From a virus (lineage: Duplodnaviria; Caudoviricetes): a stretch of DNA of 34,323 nucleotides. Below, piece by piece: positions 26,101-34,323 of this stretch (its first letter is position 1; the number at the start of each line of letters is the position of its first letter). Made by a program: the position numbers and the translations under genes. The stretch covers positions 1-34,323 of IMG/VR virus record IMGVR_UViG_3300006118_000025, one strand, 5' to 3'. The notes under the pieces are model-generated. The model had not been told where the DNA came from, searched no databases, and saw nothing but the letters and a program-made list of their open reading frames with translations.

Positions 26101-29100
26101 AATTGAAATTGGTGAAAATTTATTGAATTTAAGTGGTGAACCCGCAGGCGCAAACAACTTCCGTGATCTTAATTTTAATTATGTTGGTGGCAAGTTGCTG
26201 CAACACAGTGCTTCACTAAGACCTGCTGCGCTGTTGTTTGCTAATCAAGATGTAGACCCTATTCAAATACTACGTTATGCAACCGATAGTTATGTAAATT
26301 TCAAAAACCAATTGATGTCATATATCAATAACACACAGTTTACAGATACAACAAATTACAGTGCGTGTTTAGATTTAGTTCTTAAAAACTTTACTGATCT
26401 AGCCAACAGCGGTGCGCCATTCTACTATACAGATATGATTGCTAGCGGCAGCAATTACACTAGTAATTCATATACAGTATCAAACACAAACTATCGCAGA
26501 TATAACTTAATCTACAACTTAAATGATGACATAAAAGGTTATCGTAGTTTGTTAGTATATCTAAACGGTGTTCTACTATTAAAAAATATAGATTATACTA
26601 TTGAATCAACTGTTGTTGCTATCAGTAAAAATGTTACTTTAAACCGTAATGATGTTATTACAATTGTAGAGTATGAATCAACACTTGGATGTAATGTGCC
26701 AGCAACACCTACAAAACTAGGCATATATCCTAAGTTTGAACCGCAGATAGTTACTGATAACACTTATATTACTCCTACAATTACAGTAGTAGGTCATGAT
26801 GGCAGCATTAGCGTAGGTTATGGTGATTATCGTGATAATATTCTTCTTGAATTTGAAAAGCGCGTATTCAATAACATTACTACTACATATGCAGATGATA
26901 GTGACGTAGACCTTAGTGCTACTGTGCCTGGCGCATTCCGCAAAACTGACTATACTATTACAGAGTGGACACAGTTGCTTGCGCCTGAATTTTTACGTTG
27001 GTCAAACAGCAATAGCGTTGATATTTTTACAAATAATACTGCAAATGAAAATCGTTTTACTTGGAATTATAGCAGCGGTGTAGATAATCTTTTCTATAGC
27101 AGCGTGCCTGGCAACTGGCGCGCTATCTACAAATATTTTTATGATACTGACAGACCGCACACTAATCCTTGGGAAATGCTAGGTTTTACATTTAAGCCAA
27201 GTTGGTGGGATTTGCGTTATGGACCAGCACCATACAGCAGCGCAAATAATGTGCTATGGGGTGATCTAGAATTAGGTTTTGTATATGGCGGTAATCCACT
27301 TGCTAGTTATGTAAATCCACGCTATACACGACCAGGTTTAAGCAAAATTATACCTGTTGATGAACATGGTAATTTGCTATCACCTATACAAGTTTTAGTT
27401 ACAAATTACGATGCTAATAATGCTACCCAAAATTGGGTAGTAGGCGACCAAGGACCAGCAGAAACTGCATGGCGTCGTAGCAGCAGTTATCCATTTGCTG
27501 TTATGATTGCATGGTGTTTGGCTAGACCAGCAGAATGGTGTGCGTTAAAGTATAATACACGTGATTTAACTTATAATAGCAAACTTAATCAATTTATTAA
27601 CAGCACAACTAATAATCGTCAGTTTAATTTTGCGGTTACTGATGCTACCAGTTATATACCTGGCTTTAACGTATTGCTGCGTGATTATCTTACTAGTAAT
27701 AACCTCGATGTAACAGAAAATTGGTTAAATGTAGTAGCAAATAGCACATTTAACTTAGTTTATAAAATGGGTGCTTTTACAGACAAAAGTTATCTAAACA
27801 TCGTGGCTGATCAAGTTAGTCCGCAAAGCACTAACAGCAGTGTTATAATTCCACAAGAAAATTATCGCATAGCAGTTACAAAAAGCGCACCTATTAGTCG
27901 TGCTGTGTATAGCGCAGTAATTGTGCAGAAAGTAACTAATGGTTATCAGATTAGTGGTTTTGATCGTGAGCGTCCTTATTTTATTACTGTTCCTAGTTTA
28001 GTAAACAACAATAATTATGGCATTACTGTAGGCAGCGAAACTGCTATAGTATATCTAGATAGTTCAACTGGATTAATCACATATCCATATGGTACTATTT
28101 TTAGCACACAACAACAAGTCGTAGACTTTTTGGTAAGTTATGGTCGTTACCTAGAATCACAAGGGTTTTCATTTAATGATATGTTAGGTGATAATACTAC
28201 AAAAAGTGATTGGGTTCTAGCAGCAAAAGAATTTTTATTTTGGAATCAACAAAACTGGGGCGGCGATACTATCATCTCGCTAACACCAGCAGGCATTAAT
28301 ATTAACTTTACTACACAGTTTGGTGCTATTGATAAACTTACCAATACCAATAGCTATACAAAAGTTATTGACAGCGATAACATTACGCTTACTGGTCGTG
28401 ATTATCGTGTGTATCGTGATGGCAACAACTTTACGCTTACACTTAAAAATACACAAAAAGGCATACATCTGTTAGATTTGATAGTTGTGCAGTATGAGCA
28501 TACTATTATCTTTGATAACAATACAGTTTTTAATGATGTGCTGTATGATGAACAAGTTGGCAGTCGTCAATTTAGATTGCGTATCAGCGGCAGTAAAACT
28601 GCTAACTGGGATGGTTCGCTTACTGCGCCTGGTTTCTTTGTTAATGTTACCCAAGTTCCTGAATGGCAATCATATACCGACTACTACACAGGCGATATAG
28701 TTTTGTTCAAAGGCAAGTATTATGCTGCGCAAAACTTCTTGCCTGGTTCACAGTTCTTTAAGAGCAGCGACTGGTATGAAATTAATGGCAACTTGCTAAG
28801 CAAGAATTTAATACCTAACATGGCAAGTGGTGCTGCGCAGTTCATTAACTTCCATAATCCTGATGCTATTGATTTGAATAGTGCTGCCGATGCGCTTAGC
28901 AAAAGTGAAACAGGATTCACACCACGTCAATACTTTACTGATTTAGGTTTAGATATTACAACACAATACAAATTCTATCTTGGTATGATTGCACAAAAAG
29001 GCACACAAAGTGTGTTTAATGCTTATCTACGCAATCAACAAAGTCGTATTGATAGCTATATCACGCTTAACGAACAGTGGGCAATTAAGTTAGACAATTA

Positions 29101-32100
29101 TGGCGGCACTAGTAATGTTGATAAACTAGAGTTTAATATTGGCAACAGCAAAACTATTAATAACAACTACTTGTTTGAATTTGCAAATAGCGGTGATGCA
29201 AGTCGTAGCGATCTAAACACAGTTAAGCCTAATGACCTGCTATATGTGCCATCTACATATACGCCAAATATTTTTGCTGCTAGCGAATATAACCCTAATA
29301 TTATTGATACTGCTGGTCCTGTTAATATTAATGATATAAGCGCAAGTGTATTTGATATTAATAAGATTTTCAATATCAGTTCGCTATCACCACAACTTTA
29401 TGAAAGCAGCAAGATTTGGATTGCTAGTGATAATGCAAACCGTTGGGGCGTGTATCGTCTTAGCCAAACCAATAATATTGCTATTACTGGCGTGTCACAA
29501 GTTTCACCAAGCGAATTACAATTTACAGCAAGCGGACCACACTATCTTGCACAATATGATTATGTGCTGCTGAATAATGGCAAGTTAATTGCTAGCAACA
29601 GCACAACTAACGTAACTGATTTAAGTGGTTTCTATCGTGTAAGCGCCGTAACTAATAACACATTTAATGTGCGTATCACTAATAATACTACTGTAGGTAA
29701 CGGTCCTCTAAATGCAATAGTATATAAACTAACTAACATTAGATTTACAACTGGCGTTGATTTTTCAAACTATGTGCCTGCACGTGGTTGGTTTAATAAT
29801 GAGATAGTTTATATTGATAACGGTTCAAACGGTTATAATGTTATACAAAATACAAATAACTGGAACTATAATCAACTTAAAAGTCCTGTATTCACACAAC
29901 CTAGTGATAACTTTGGCAGCAGCATTAAAATTAATAGCACACAAGGGTTTGCGCTTGTAGGCAGCACTAATAAAAATACAACAGGTAGTGCTTATGTTTA
30001 TACCAAGCGTCAAGACAATACTTGGCAAGAAATTGGTATTTTATCACCAGATAGCAGAATTGGTGGTTTTGGTGCTAATGTTGACATCAACAATAATAAT
30101 ATTGGATTTATTAGCGCACCAACAAACTTAAAAGGCATGGTTTATGTAGCAAACGTTAATAGTCAACAAATTGCTGCACGTCAAATCATACACTATGATA
30201 ATCTTTATGTGCTAAGTGCTGGCTTTACACAAAGTAATGCTTACTTACTTGTTGCAAATGTTACTACATTTGATAGCACAGCAAATATTGCGGCCAGCGC
30301 AAATTATAGCCTATCAAACTTTGCTAATGGTATGATTGTAGCAGTGCCTGGCGCTACTACAACTGTTACGATAGCAAACATATCAACTGGATATCCATAC
30401 AATAAAATTGGTTTAACTGCTAATCTAGCATCACAAGGCGTTTCAATTTCTGGCGGAACCAAAATCGCTATCTATCCAAATGTCAATCCTAGCAGTTCTT
30501 TTGGCTATTCAATTAGCGCAAGTAAAGACAGCAATTGGTTGTTTATCGGTGAACCTGCAACTAATAGTGTATATGCATACAAATATACAAATGTATCACC
30601 AACTACTACTACACGTATAGGTGATGGCAGCACAACTGCATTTACATATCCAGCAGGCGTGCCAACTGGATTAGTGGCTAATGATTTGCAAGTTTATGTA
30701 AATGGCGTGCTGCAAGTTCCAAACTTAGATTATATTCGTGCTCCAGGCCAAGATGTAGTGCTATTTGATGTAGCACCGCCACTTAATGCTACTATTACTA
30801 TAAATTATACTCCTTATTATCAAGAAGCAAATAGAATTATCACAAGCGATGCTAATGCAAGTAGTTTTGGAAGTAGCGTAAGCACAAATTATGATGGAAC
30901 TGTAGTAGCAGTGGGTGCTCCAAACAGCACAGCAATCTTTAGTTCTACTATTACTAGCAGCGGTAAAACATATGTGTTTGAACGCACAAGTGAAATCTTT
31001 ACTGCAAATGGCAGCACCAATAATTTTAGTTTAAGCAACGCTTTTGCTAATAGTGCTACAATCACTACTCCATATTTGACTAGTCGTCCAACTGTAACAG
31101 TAGACGGTGTTATTGCTGCTTTCAGTATGGATTATGTGAATAATATTGTTACACTTGCCACCACACCTACAAATGGCGCAAAAGTCACAGTTGCAACTAA
31201 CCAATTTGTTCAAACACTAGTAGCAAATACAGATGCTGCACAACAAAACAGCAGTCTTGGAACAAAAGTTGTGCTTAGCGCCGATGGTAACAGATTGTTT
31301 AGTGCTGCGGTTGGCTATGGTTTAGGCAACAATCAAAATGGTGTAATCTACTATTATGTTAACACTTCAAAAAAATACAGAACTATTACTGGCTCAGCCA
31401 ATAGTTTTGTGCTAAGTGCTAATAGTTCGCTGCGTATTAATAATTACCTTGTTAAATTTGGTGCAGACACGCCACAAGTGGCTGTGCAACGTATTAATAG
31501 TGCGAGCATTCCATATGTAACTGCAAATCTGCTTGCTAATGGCTCAATTACTATTAGCGATAGCGATATGACATCAAAGTTAAGTTTGCGAAACGAAGTT
31601 GGTGATCCGCTTGGTGTCATGGGATTAAACCAGTGGCTTAGTGTTCAACGTATAGTAAATCCTGTATCACAGGACATTGCTCGTTTTGGTGAAAACATGA
31701 GTATTAGTCCTGATGGCAATACGCTTGTAGTAGGCAGCACACTTTCTAATACTAAAACTACTGTTACATTTGATAATAATACTACAATATTTGATAATGG
31801 TGGATTGCGTTATCGTGATACAGTTTATAAATCAGGTGCAGCACATATTTATGAATATCAAGCATTAGCAAGCGAAAGTCCTAGTGTTGTAGGAGCATTT
31901 GCTTATGGTACGCTGCTTAATGACTCTAATGCACATAGTTATGATCGTTATGCTAGTGGTATTGATATTAACAATAACTTTATTATGGTAGGTGCGCCAC
32001 AAGCATATGTGTTAAACAATAGCACAGGTGCTATGTATGTGTATTACAATAAGAATGCACAACCAATATGGCAAACTATTCGCAGCGATGGCAACGATTT

Positions 32101-34323
32101 TGATAGCAGAAAAGTAAATCGTGTGTATATCTATAACAGCACAACAGCAAAACTAATTGCTGATTTGCCAGTATATGATTTAACACATGGCATACTGCCT
32201 GATAATGCAGAAGAATATATTGATTATGTTATCAATTATGATCCATCAGTTTATAATGTAGTTCCTACTGCAACAAGTTTTAGTTATAATCGTAACAGCG
32301 CATGGGGCAAAGAAAAAGTAGGCAAATTATGGTGGGATATCAATAGTATCAAATACTATGATAATACACAAGGCGATAATCTACAAAAGTTTAGTTATTA
32401 TGGTCTAGCATTTCCTGGCAGTCGTGTTAAGATTTATGAGTGGATTGAAAGCGATGTTCAACCAAAAGATTATGTAGGCAGCAACGCAGCCAACACGCCA
32501 CTTTATACTATTAATGATGTATATACTGCACGCACAGACATAGATGAAAAAACAGGACAACCTGTTACAAAGTATTATTTCTGGGTGTTAAACAGCGTGT
32601 TAAGCAACAGCACACGACCTAGTGCTTATGAATTACAAAATATACTTTCAAGTCCAAAGAATAGTGGTCAGCCATTTGCGGCTGTTGTAAGCAGTAATGC
32701 AATAGGACTGTTTAATATTCAAGACTTAACTAGTATTGATACAAATTGTGTGATTGAATACAAGAAAGACCTTAAATCACAACTTGTTCATAGTGAATGG
32801 ACGTTGTTTGATGATGGTAGTGATCTTGGCGTTGCGCGTGAGTTCTTAGATAAACTTAAAGACAGTTTAGGTGGTCAGGATGTAAGCGGTCGTATCGTGC
32901 CTAATCCTAATTTACCTATTGCTCAAAAATATGGTTACGATGTTATTAAGCGTCAAACCTTCTTCAAAGATCAATATACAGCAAGAAAACTATATTGTGA
33001 AAATATTAATGAAGTCTTTACACAATATCCTATTGTTCTTACTCGTAGCGATGCTATCACATTCTTGAATGATTATGATCCGTTGCCTACGCCTGACCAA
33101 TATGTCAAAAGTGTTGCTAACATTACTGAACTTGGTTATTTGGATGTAAATTATTATCATAATAACGATCAAGTGCTAGTAGTTAATGATTCTACAAACT
33201 ATAATAGTGGTTGGAGTTTGTATAAACTAGTGGTTAATAGCACAGTTAATACTAGAATCTGGCAGTTAGTTCGTGTTCAAACATATGATTTGCGTAATTA
33301 TTGGAGTTATGCAGATTGGTATAGCCCTGAATATAATTCACAATTTCCAATTACGCATACAGTCAATACTGAACTGGATATTGCAAACCTAACACTTAAT
33401 GTTAATGACATTATCTATATTCAAACCAGCAATAATGGCGGCTGGAAGCAAGTTTTAGTTACACAGAATAATCTAAATCTGTTAGCACAACAAAATGCTA
33501 CGATTAAACTTAATGCTAATTTGTATGACCTTAACAATAGTGGTTTAGGTTTCCAAACCAGTAGTTTCCAAAACGTTGGTTTTGACAGCGATAATGGTAT
33601 TGAGTTTAGAAAAATATTTGATGTAATCAAAGATCATATCTTAATCGCAGATTTCAGAAGCAATTTCAAAGATGCTATTAAACTTATGATTAATACTATG
33701 GCAACACAACATCAGCAAACAGATTGGTTAATGAAGACTAGTCTTGTTGATTTGTATCATCGTGTGCGTGGACTAGACCAATTACCAGTTTATCTGCCAC
33801 AGCCTGAAAATACAGTTGTTAATTTCTTTAACGAAGTCAAACCATTCCATACCAAACTTAAACAGTATATTGCAAAATATGATAATAGTAATGCAGTTGA
33901 TATTAACTATAATCGTATTACAGACTTTGATTTGCAACCATATAAAAATAGTGTGACTAAAACTTATCGCAGTCCACAACTTGGTAATAGTTTAGATACT
34001 TCTGCTTTTACTAATGCTGTTTATCAACCTTGGTTGACAAACCATACATTTAGTGTTGAGCGTATTGATACTATAAATGGTGGCGTGGGTTATGATGCAT
34101 CTACAACAGTAACTATTGTTGGTGATGGTGTTGGGGCTACAGCACGCGCTACAATACTTAACGGCAGCATATACACTATTCAAATGCTTACAAACGGCAC
34201 AAGTTATACATATGCAAAAGTTCAAATCTATGGCGTAGGTAGCGGCGCAAGTGCAACAGCAATACTAGGTCAAAGTTTAGCACGTAGTATGACTACATTT
34301 GTAAAATATGATCGTTATCAATA
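23123..34323 (+). CDS. Giant virion structural protein (gp7-like baseplate wedge position), >3,730 aa, 3'-truncated by the window edge
   Basis: ATG at 23123, 3 nt after the gp6 stop (MANSRKSINFLPKAFQT...). The same frame still reads ...LARSMTTFVKYDRYQ at the window end. The track lists no terminated ORF in this frame, which implies no stop. It contains 'DLDKLTNYRQYYW', FG-GAP-like repeats and GxGY-type repeats. Confidence 0.85.
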   Translation, partial: MANSRKSINFLPKAFQTLGNQRFLNATVDPLIQEPQLKKMYGYIGQQDQSPVYNTSDYYINENDSYSQFYQLEPGVVINKRQLGTNTYKVNNVYNYIDILNQISSDGGLNNNHDRLFTNRYYSYNGFIDLDKLTNYRQYYWVPGGPLTVDVTANNTNTVNDFYIHRNSYITNNETELQSASLGQTGFAVDGYNNTVNPTITLDRGGSYNFHVNQSTNFWIQTETGVSGTSTVQNNISTRDVLGVSNNGSGSGTITFTVPLRTAQDYLINYPTISQNVDIIVDNITYDQMQGVNYDNFILQYALDGVRAFDGKFIVFTSLTGFTDVDATQYHGVWQVNVQSDRTMHLTYIADWANLSKVFVSQGDVYGHVFVYKDQLGTITKFPTLSAAQDVLYYCDGSNPLVYGTIQLVDPTPNSLLNVNDIIGRDYYTSPNGVQFTSGLKVKFTGLVVPNEYLNNEYIVEGVGSSIKLIKYNELVTPEIINTNLGSSFGNSRGYDASGTGYDGTSNSPEEKDYITINRASVDGNSWSRNNRWFHRDVLQAAANYNNVSYSFDATSQAKRPIVEFLPNLKLFNYGTNYRGSITCADSTTTSPLSQVEGLNSYAIKTNNVYNSDGIQLLNDVTVLFKNASDPTIRSTLYRVQNNKTRASATYSYNTYSFSASGSKTLYINNLGSLAIGQHVTGVGIPQNTTIVSIDTVNVNVTISNAITSDIPSGNNINFDNSYDQVHLVPIKSFVDGDTIIVMEGLVDQGNMYYYYNNYWHLAQVRNSRPQFPLFDIIDSNGISLSNTTNYPSSNFAGNQLFGYKIGSGTRDSELGFALTYKSIGNLGDIVFENFYETDTFDYNLNQVDQVRNINSGYAAVISSWNNYSFANGWYRVSDKSKQYIAQSFTTTAVSINNFDLKTVYSNSFYETNLFVYVNGILQPITNYKLTTNNTTSVLVFNNDLAVGDRVFVKIYGTTQNYNTTYTMPKNLTNNSENTEFSTITLGQLRNHLIEIGENLLNLSGEPAGANNFRDLNFNYVGGKLLQHSASLRPAALLFANQDVDPIQILRYATDSYVNFKNQLMSYINNTQFTDTTNYSACLDLVLKNFTDLANSGAPFYYTDMIASGSNYTSNSYTVSNTNYRRYNLIYNLNDDIKGYRSLLVYLNGVLLLKNIDYTIESTVVAISKNVTLNRNDVITIVEYESTLGCNVPATPTKLGIYPKFEPQIVTDNTYITPTITVVGHDGSISVGYGDYRDNILLEFEKRVFNNITTTYADDSDVDLSATVPGAFRKTDYTITEWTQLLAPEFLRWSNSNSVDIFTNNTANENRFTWNYSSGVDNLFYSSVPGNWRAIYKYFYDTDRPHTNPWEMLGFTFKPSWWDLRYGPAPYSSANNVLWGDLELGFVYGGNPLASYVNPRYTRPGLSKIIPVDEHGNLLSPIQVLVTNYDANNATQNWVVGDQGPAETAWRRSSSYPFAVMIAWCLARPAEWCALKYNTRDLTYNSKLNQFINSTTNNRQFNFAVTDATSYIPGFNVLLRDYLTSNNLDVTENWLNVVANSTFNLVYKMGAFTDKSYLNIVADQVSPQSTNSSVIIPQENYRIAVTKSAPISRAVYSAVIVQKVTNGYQISGFDRERPYFITVPSLVNNNNYGITVGSETAIVYLDSSTGLITYPYGTIFSTQQQVVDFLVSYGRYLESQGFSFNDMLGDNTTKSDWVLAAKEFLFWNQQNWGGDTIISLTPAGININFTTQFGAIDKLTNTNSYTKVIDSDNITLTGRDYRVYRDGNNFTLTLKNTQKGIHLLDLIVVQYEHTIIFDNNTVFNDVLYDEQVGSRQFRLRISGSKTANWDGSLTAPGFFVNVTQVPEWQSYTDYYTGDIVLFKGKYYAAQNFLPGSQFFKSSDWYEINGNLLSKNLIPNMASGAAQFINFHNPDAIDLNSAADALSKSETGFTPRQYFTDLGLDITTQYKFYLGMIAQKGTQSVFNAYLRNQQSRIDSYITLNEQWAIKLDNYGGTSNVDKLEFNIGNSKTINNNYLFEFANSGDASRSDLNTVKPNDLLYVPSTYTPNIFAASEYNPNIIDTAGPVNINDISASVFDINKIFNISSLSPQLYESSKIWIASDNANRWGVYRLSQTNNIAITGVSQVSPSELQFTASGPHYLAQYDYVLLNNGKLIASNSTTNVTDLSGFYRVSAVTNNTFNVRITNNTTVGNGPLNAIVYKLTNIRFTTGVDFSNYVPARGWFNNEIVYIDNGSNGYNVIQNTNNWNYNQLKSPVFTQPSDNFGSSIKINSTQGFALVGSTNKNTTGSAYVYTKRQDNTWQEIGILSPDSRIGGFGANVDINNNNIGFISAPTNLKGMVYVANVNSQQIAARQIIHYDNLYVLSAGFTQSNAYLLVANVTTFDSTANIAASANYSLSNFANGMIVAVPGATTTVTIANISTGYPYNKIGLTANLASQGVSISGGTKIAIYPNVNPSSSFGYSISASKDSNWLFIGEPATNSVYAYKYTNVSPTTTTRIGDGSTTAFTYPAGVPTGLVANDLQVYVNGVLQVPNLDYIRAPGQDVVLFDVAPPLNATITINYTPYYQEANRIITSDANASSFGSSVSTNYDGTVVAVGAPNSTAIFSSTITSSGKTYVFERTSEIFTANGSTNNFSLSNAFANSATITTPYLTSRPTVTVDGVIAAFSMDYVNNIVTLATTPTNGAKVTVATNQFVQTLVANTDAAQQNSSLGTKVVLSADGNRLFSAAVGYGLGNNQNGVIYYYVNTSKKYRTITGSANSFVLSANSSLRINNYLVKFGADTPQVAVQRINSASIPYVTANLLANGSITISDSDMTSKLSLRNEVGDPLGVMGLNQWLSVQRIVNPVSQDIARFGENMSISPDGNTLVVGSTLSNTKTTVTFDNNTTIFDNGGLRYRDTVYKSGAAHIYEYQALASESPSVVGAFAYGTLLNDSNAHSYDRYASGIDINNNFIMVGAPQAYVLNNSTGAMYVYYNKNAQPIWQTIRSDGNDFDSRKVNRVYIYNSTTAKLIADLPVYDLTHGILPDNAEEYIDYVINYDPSVYNVVPTATSFSYNRNSAWGKEKVGKLWWDINSIKYYDNTQGDNLQKFSYYGLAFPGSRVKIYEWIESDVQPKDYVGSNAANTPLYTINDVYTARTDIDEKTGQPVTKYYFWVLNSVLSNSTRPSAYELQNILSSPKNSGQPFAAVVSSNAIGLFNIQDLTSIDTNCVIEYKKDLKSQLVHSEWTLFDDGSDLGVAREFLDKLKDSLGGQDVSGRIVPNPNLPIAQKYGYDVIKRQTFFKDQYTARKLYCENINEVFTQYPIVLTRSDAITFLNDYDPLPTPDQYVKSVANITELGYLDVNYYHNNDQVLVVNDSTNYNSGWSLYKLVVNSTVNTRIWQLVRVQTYDLRNYWSYADWYSPEYNSQFPITHTVNTELDIANLTLNVNDIIYIQTSNNGGWKQVLVTQNNLNLLAQQNATIKLNANLYDLNNSGLGFQTSSFQNVGFDSDNGIEFRKIFDVIKDHILIADFRSNFKDAIKLMINTMATQHQQTDWLMKTSLVDLYHRVRGLDQLPVYLPQPENTVVNFFNEVKPFHTKLKQYIAKYDNSNAVDINYNRITDFDLQPYKNSVTKTYRSPQLGNSLDTSAFTNAVYQPWLTNHTFSVERIDTINGGVGYDASTTVTIVGDGVGATARATILNGSIYTIQMLTNGTSYTYAKVQIYGVGSGASATAILGQSLARSMTTFVKYDRYQ

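Noticed and set aside
28280-34225. Short ORFs listed in the track across the right third of the window
   Set aside because: All lie inside the giant frame starting at 23123 and look like shadow ORFs.

Overview
This window is a gene-dense, AT-rich segment of a large T4-like (Tevenvirinae-type module order) myovirus genome read in the standard code. Left end (+): the 3' part of a gp26-like baseplate hub assembly gene, joined by a probable programmed -1 frameshift (A AAT TTT) to a start-less gp51-like reading frame, then an intrinsic terminator. A ~350-nt non-coding, highly base-paired element follows. Its G-U pairs indicate a minus-strand RNA, and it has a predicted pseudoknot. A minus-strand block (1323-11486) carries a gp55-like late sigma factor, gp47/gp46 (Mre11/Rad50-like) recombination nuclease subunits and a Holliday junction resolvase. 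It also carries an accessory set of three 2OG-Fe(II)/AspH-like oxygenases, a PP-loop (SGGxDS) enzyme and a TctA/TctC-like tripartite tricarboxylate transporter pair. Four sigma70-type promoters here sit so close to ATGs that the mRNAs should be leaderless. A plus-strand late block (11542-end) encodes baseplate and tail proteins (gp48/54-like, gp53-like, hub, gp5-like, gp25, gp6). It ends in a giant ORF (>3,700 codons, from 23123) that runs off the window and is missing from the ORF track. All product calls come from motif recognition and gene order; no database search was run.
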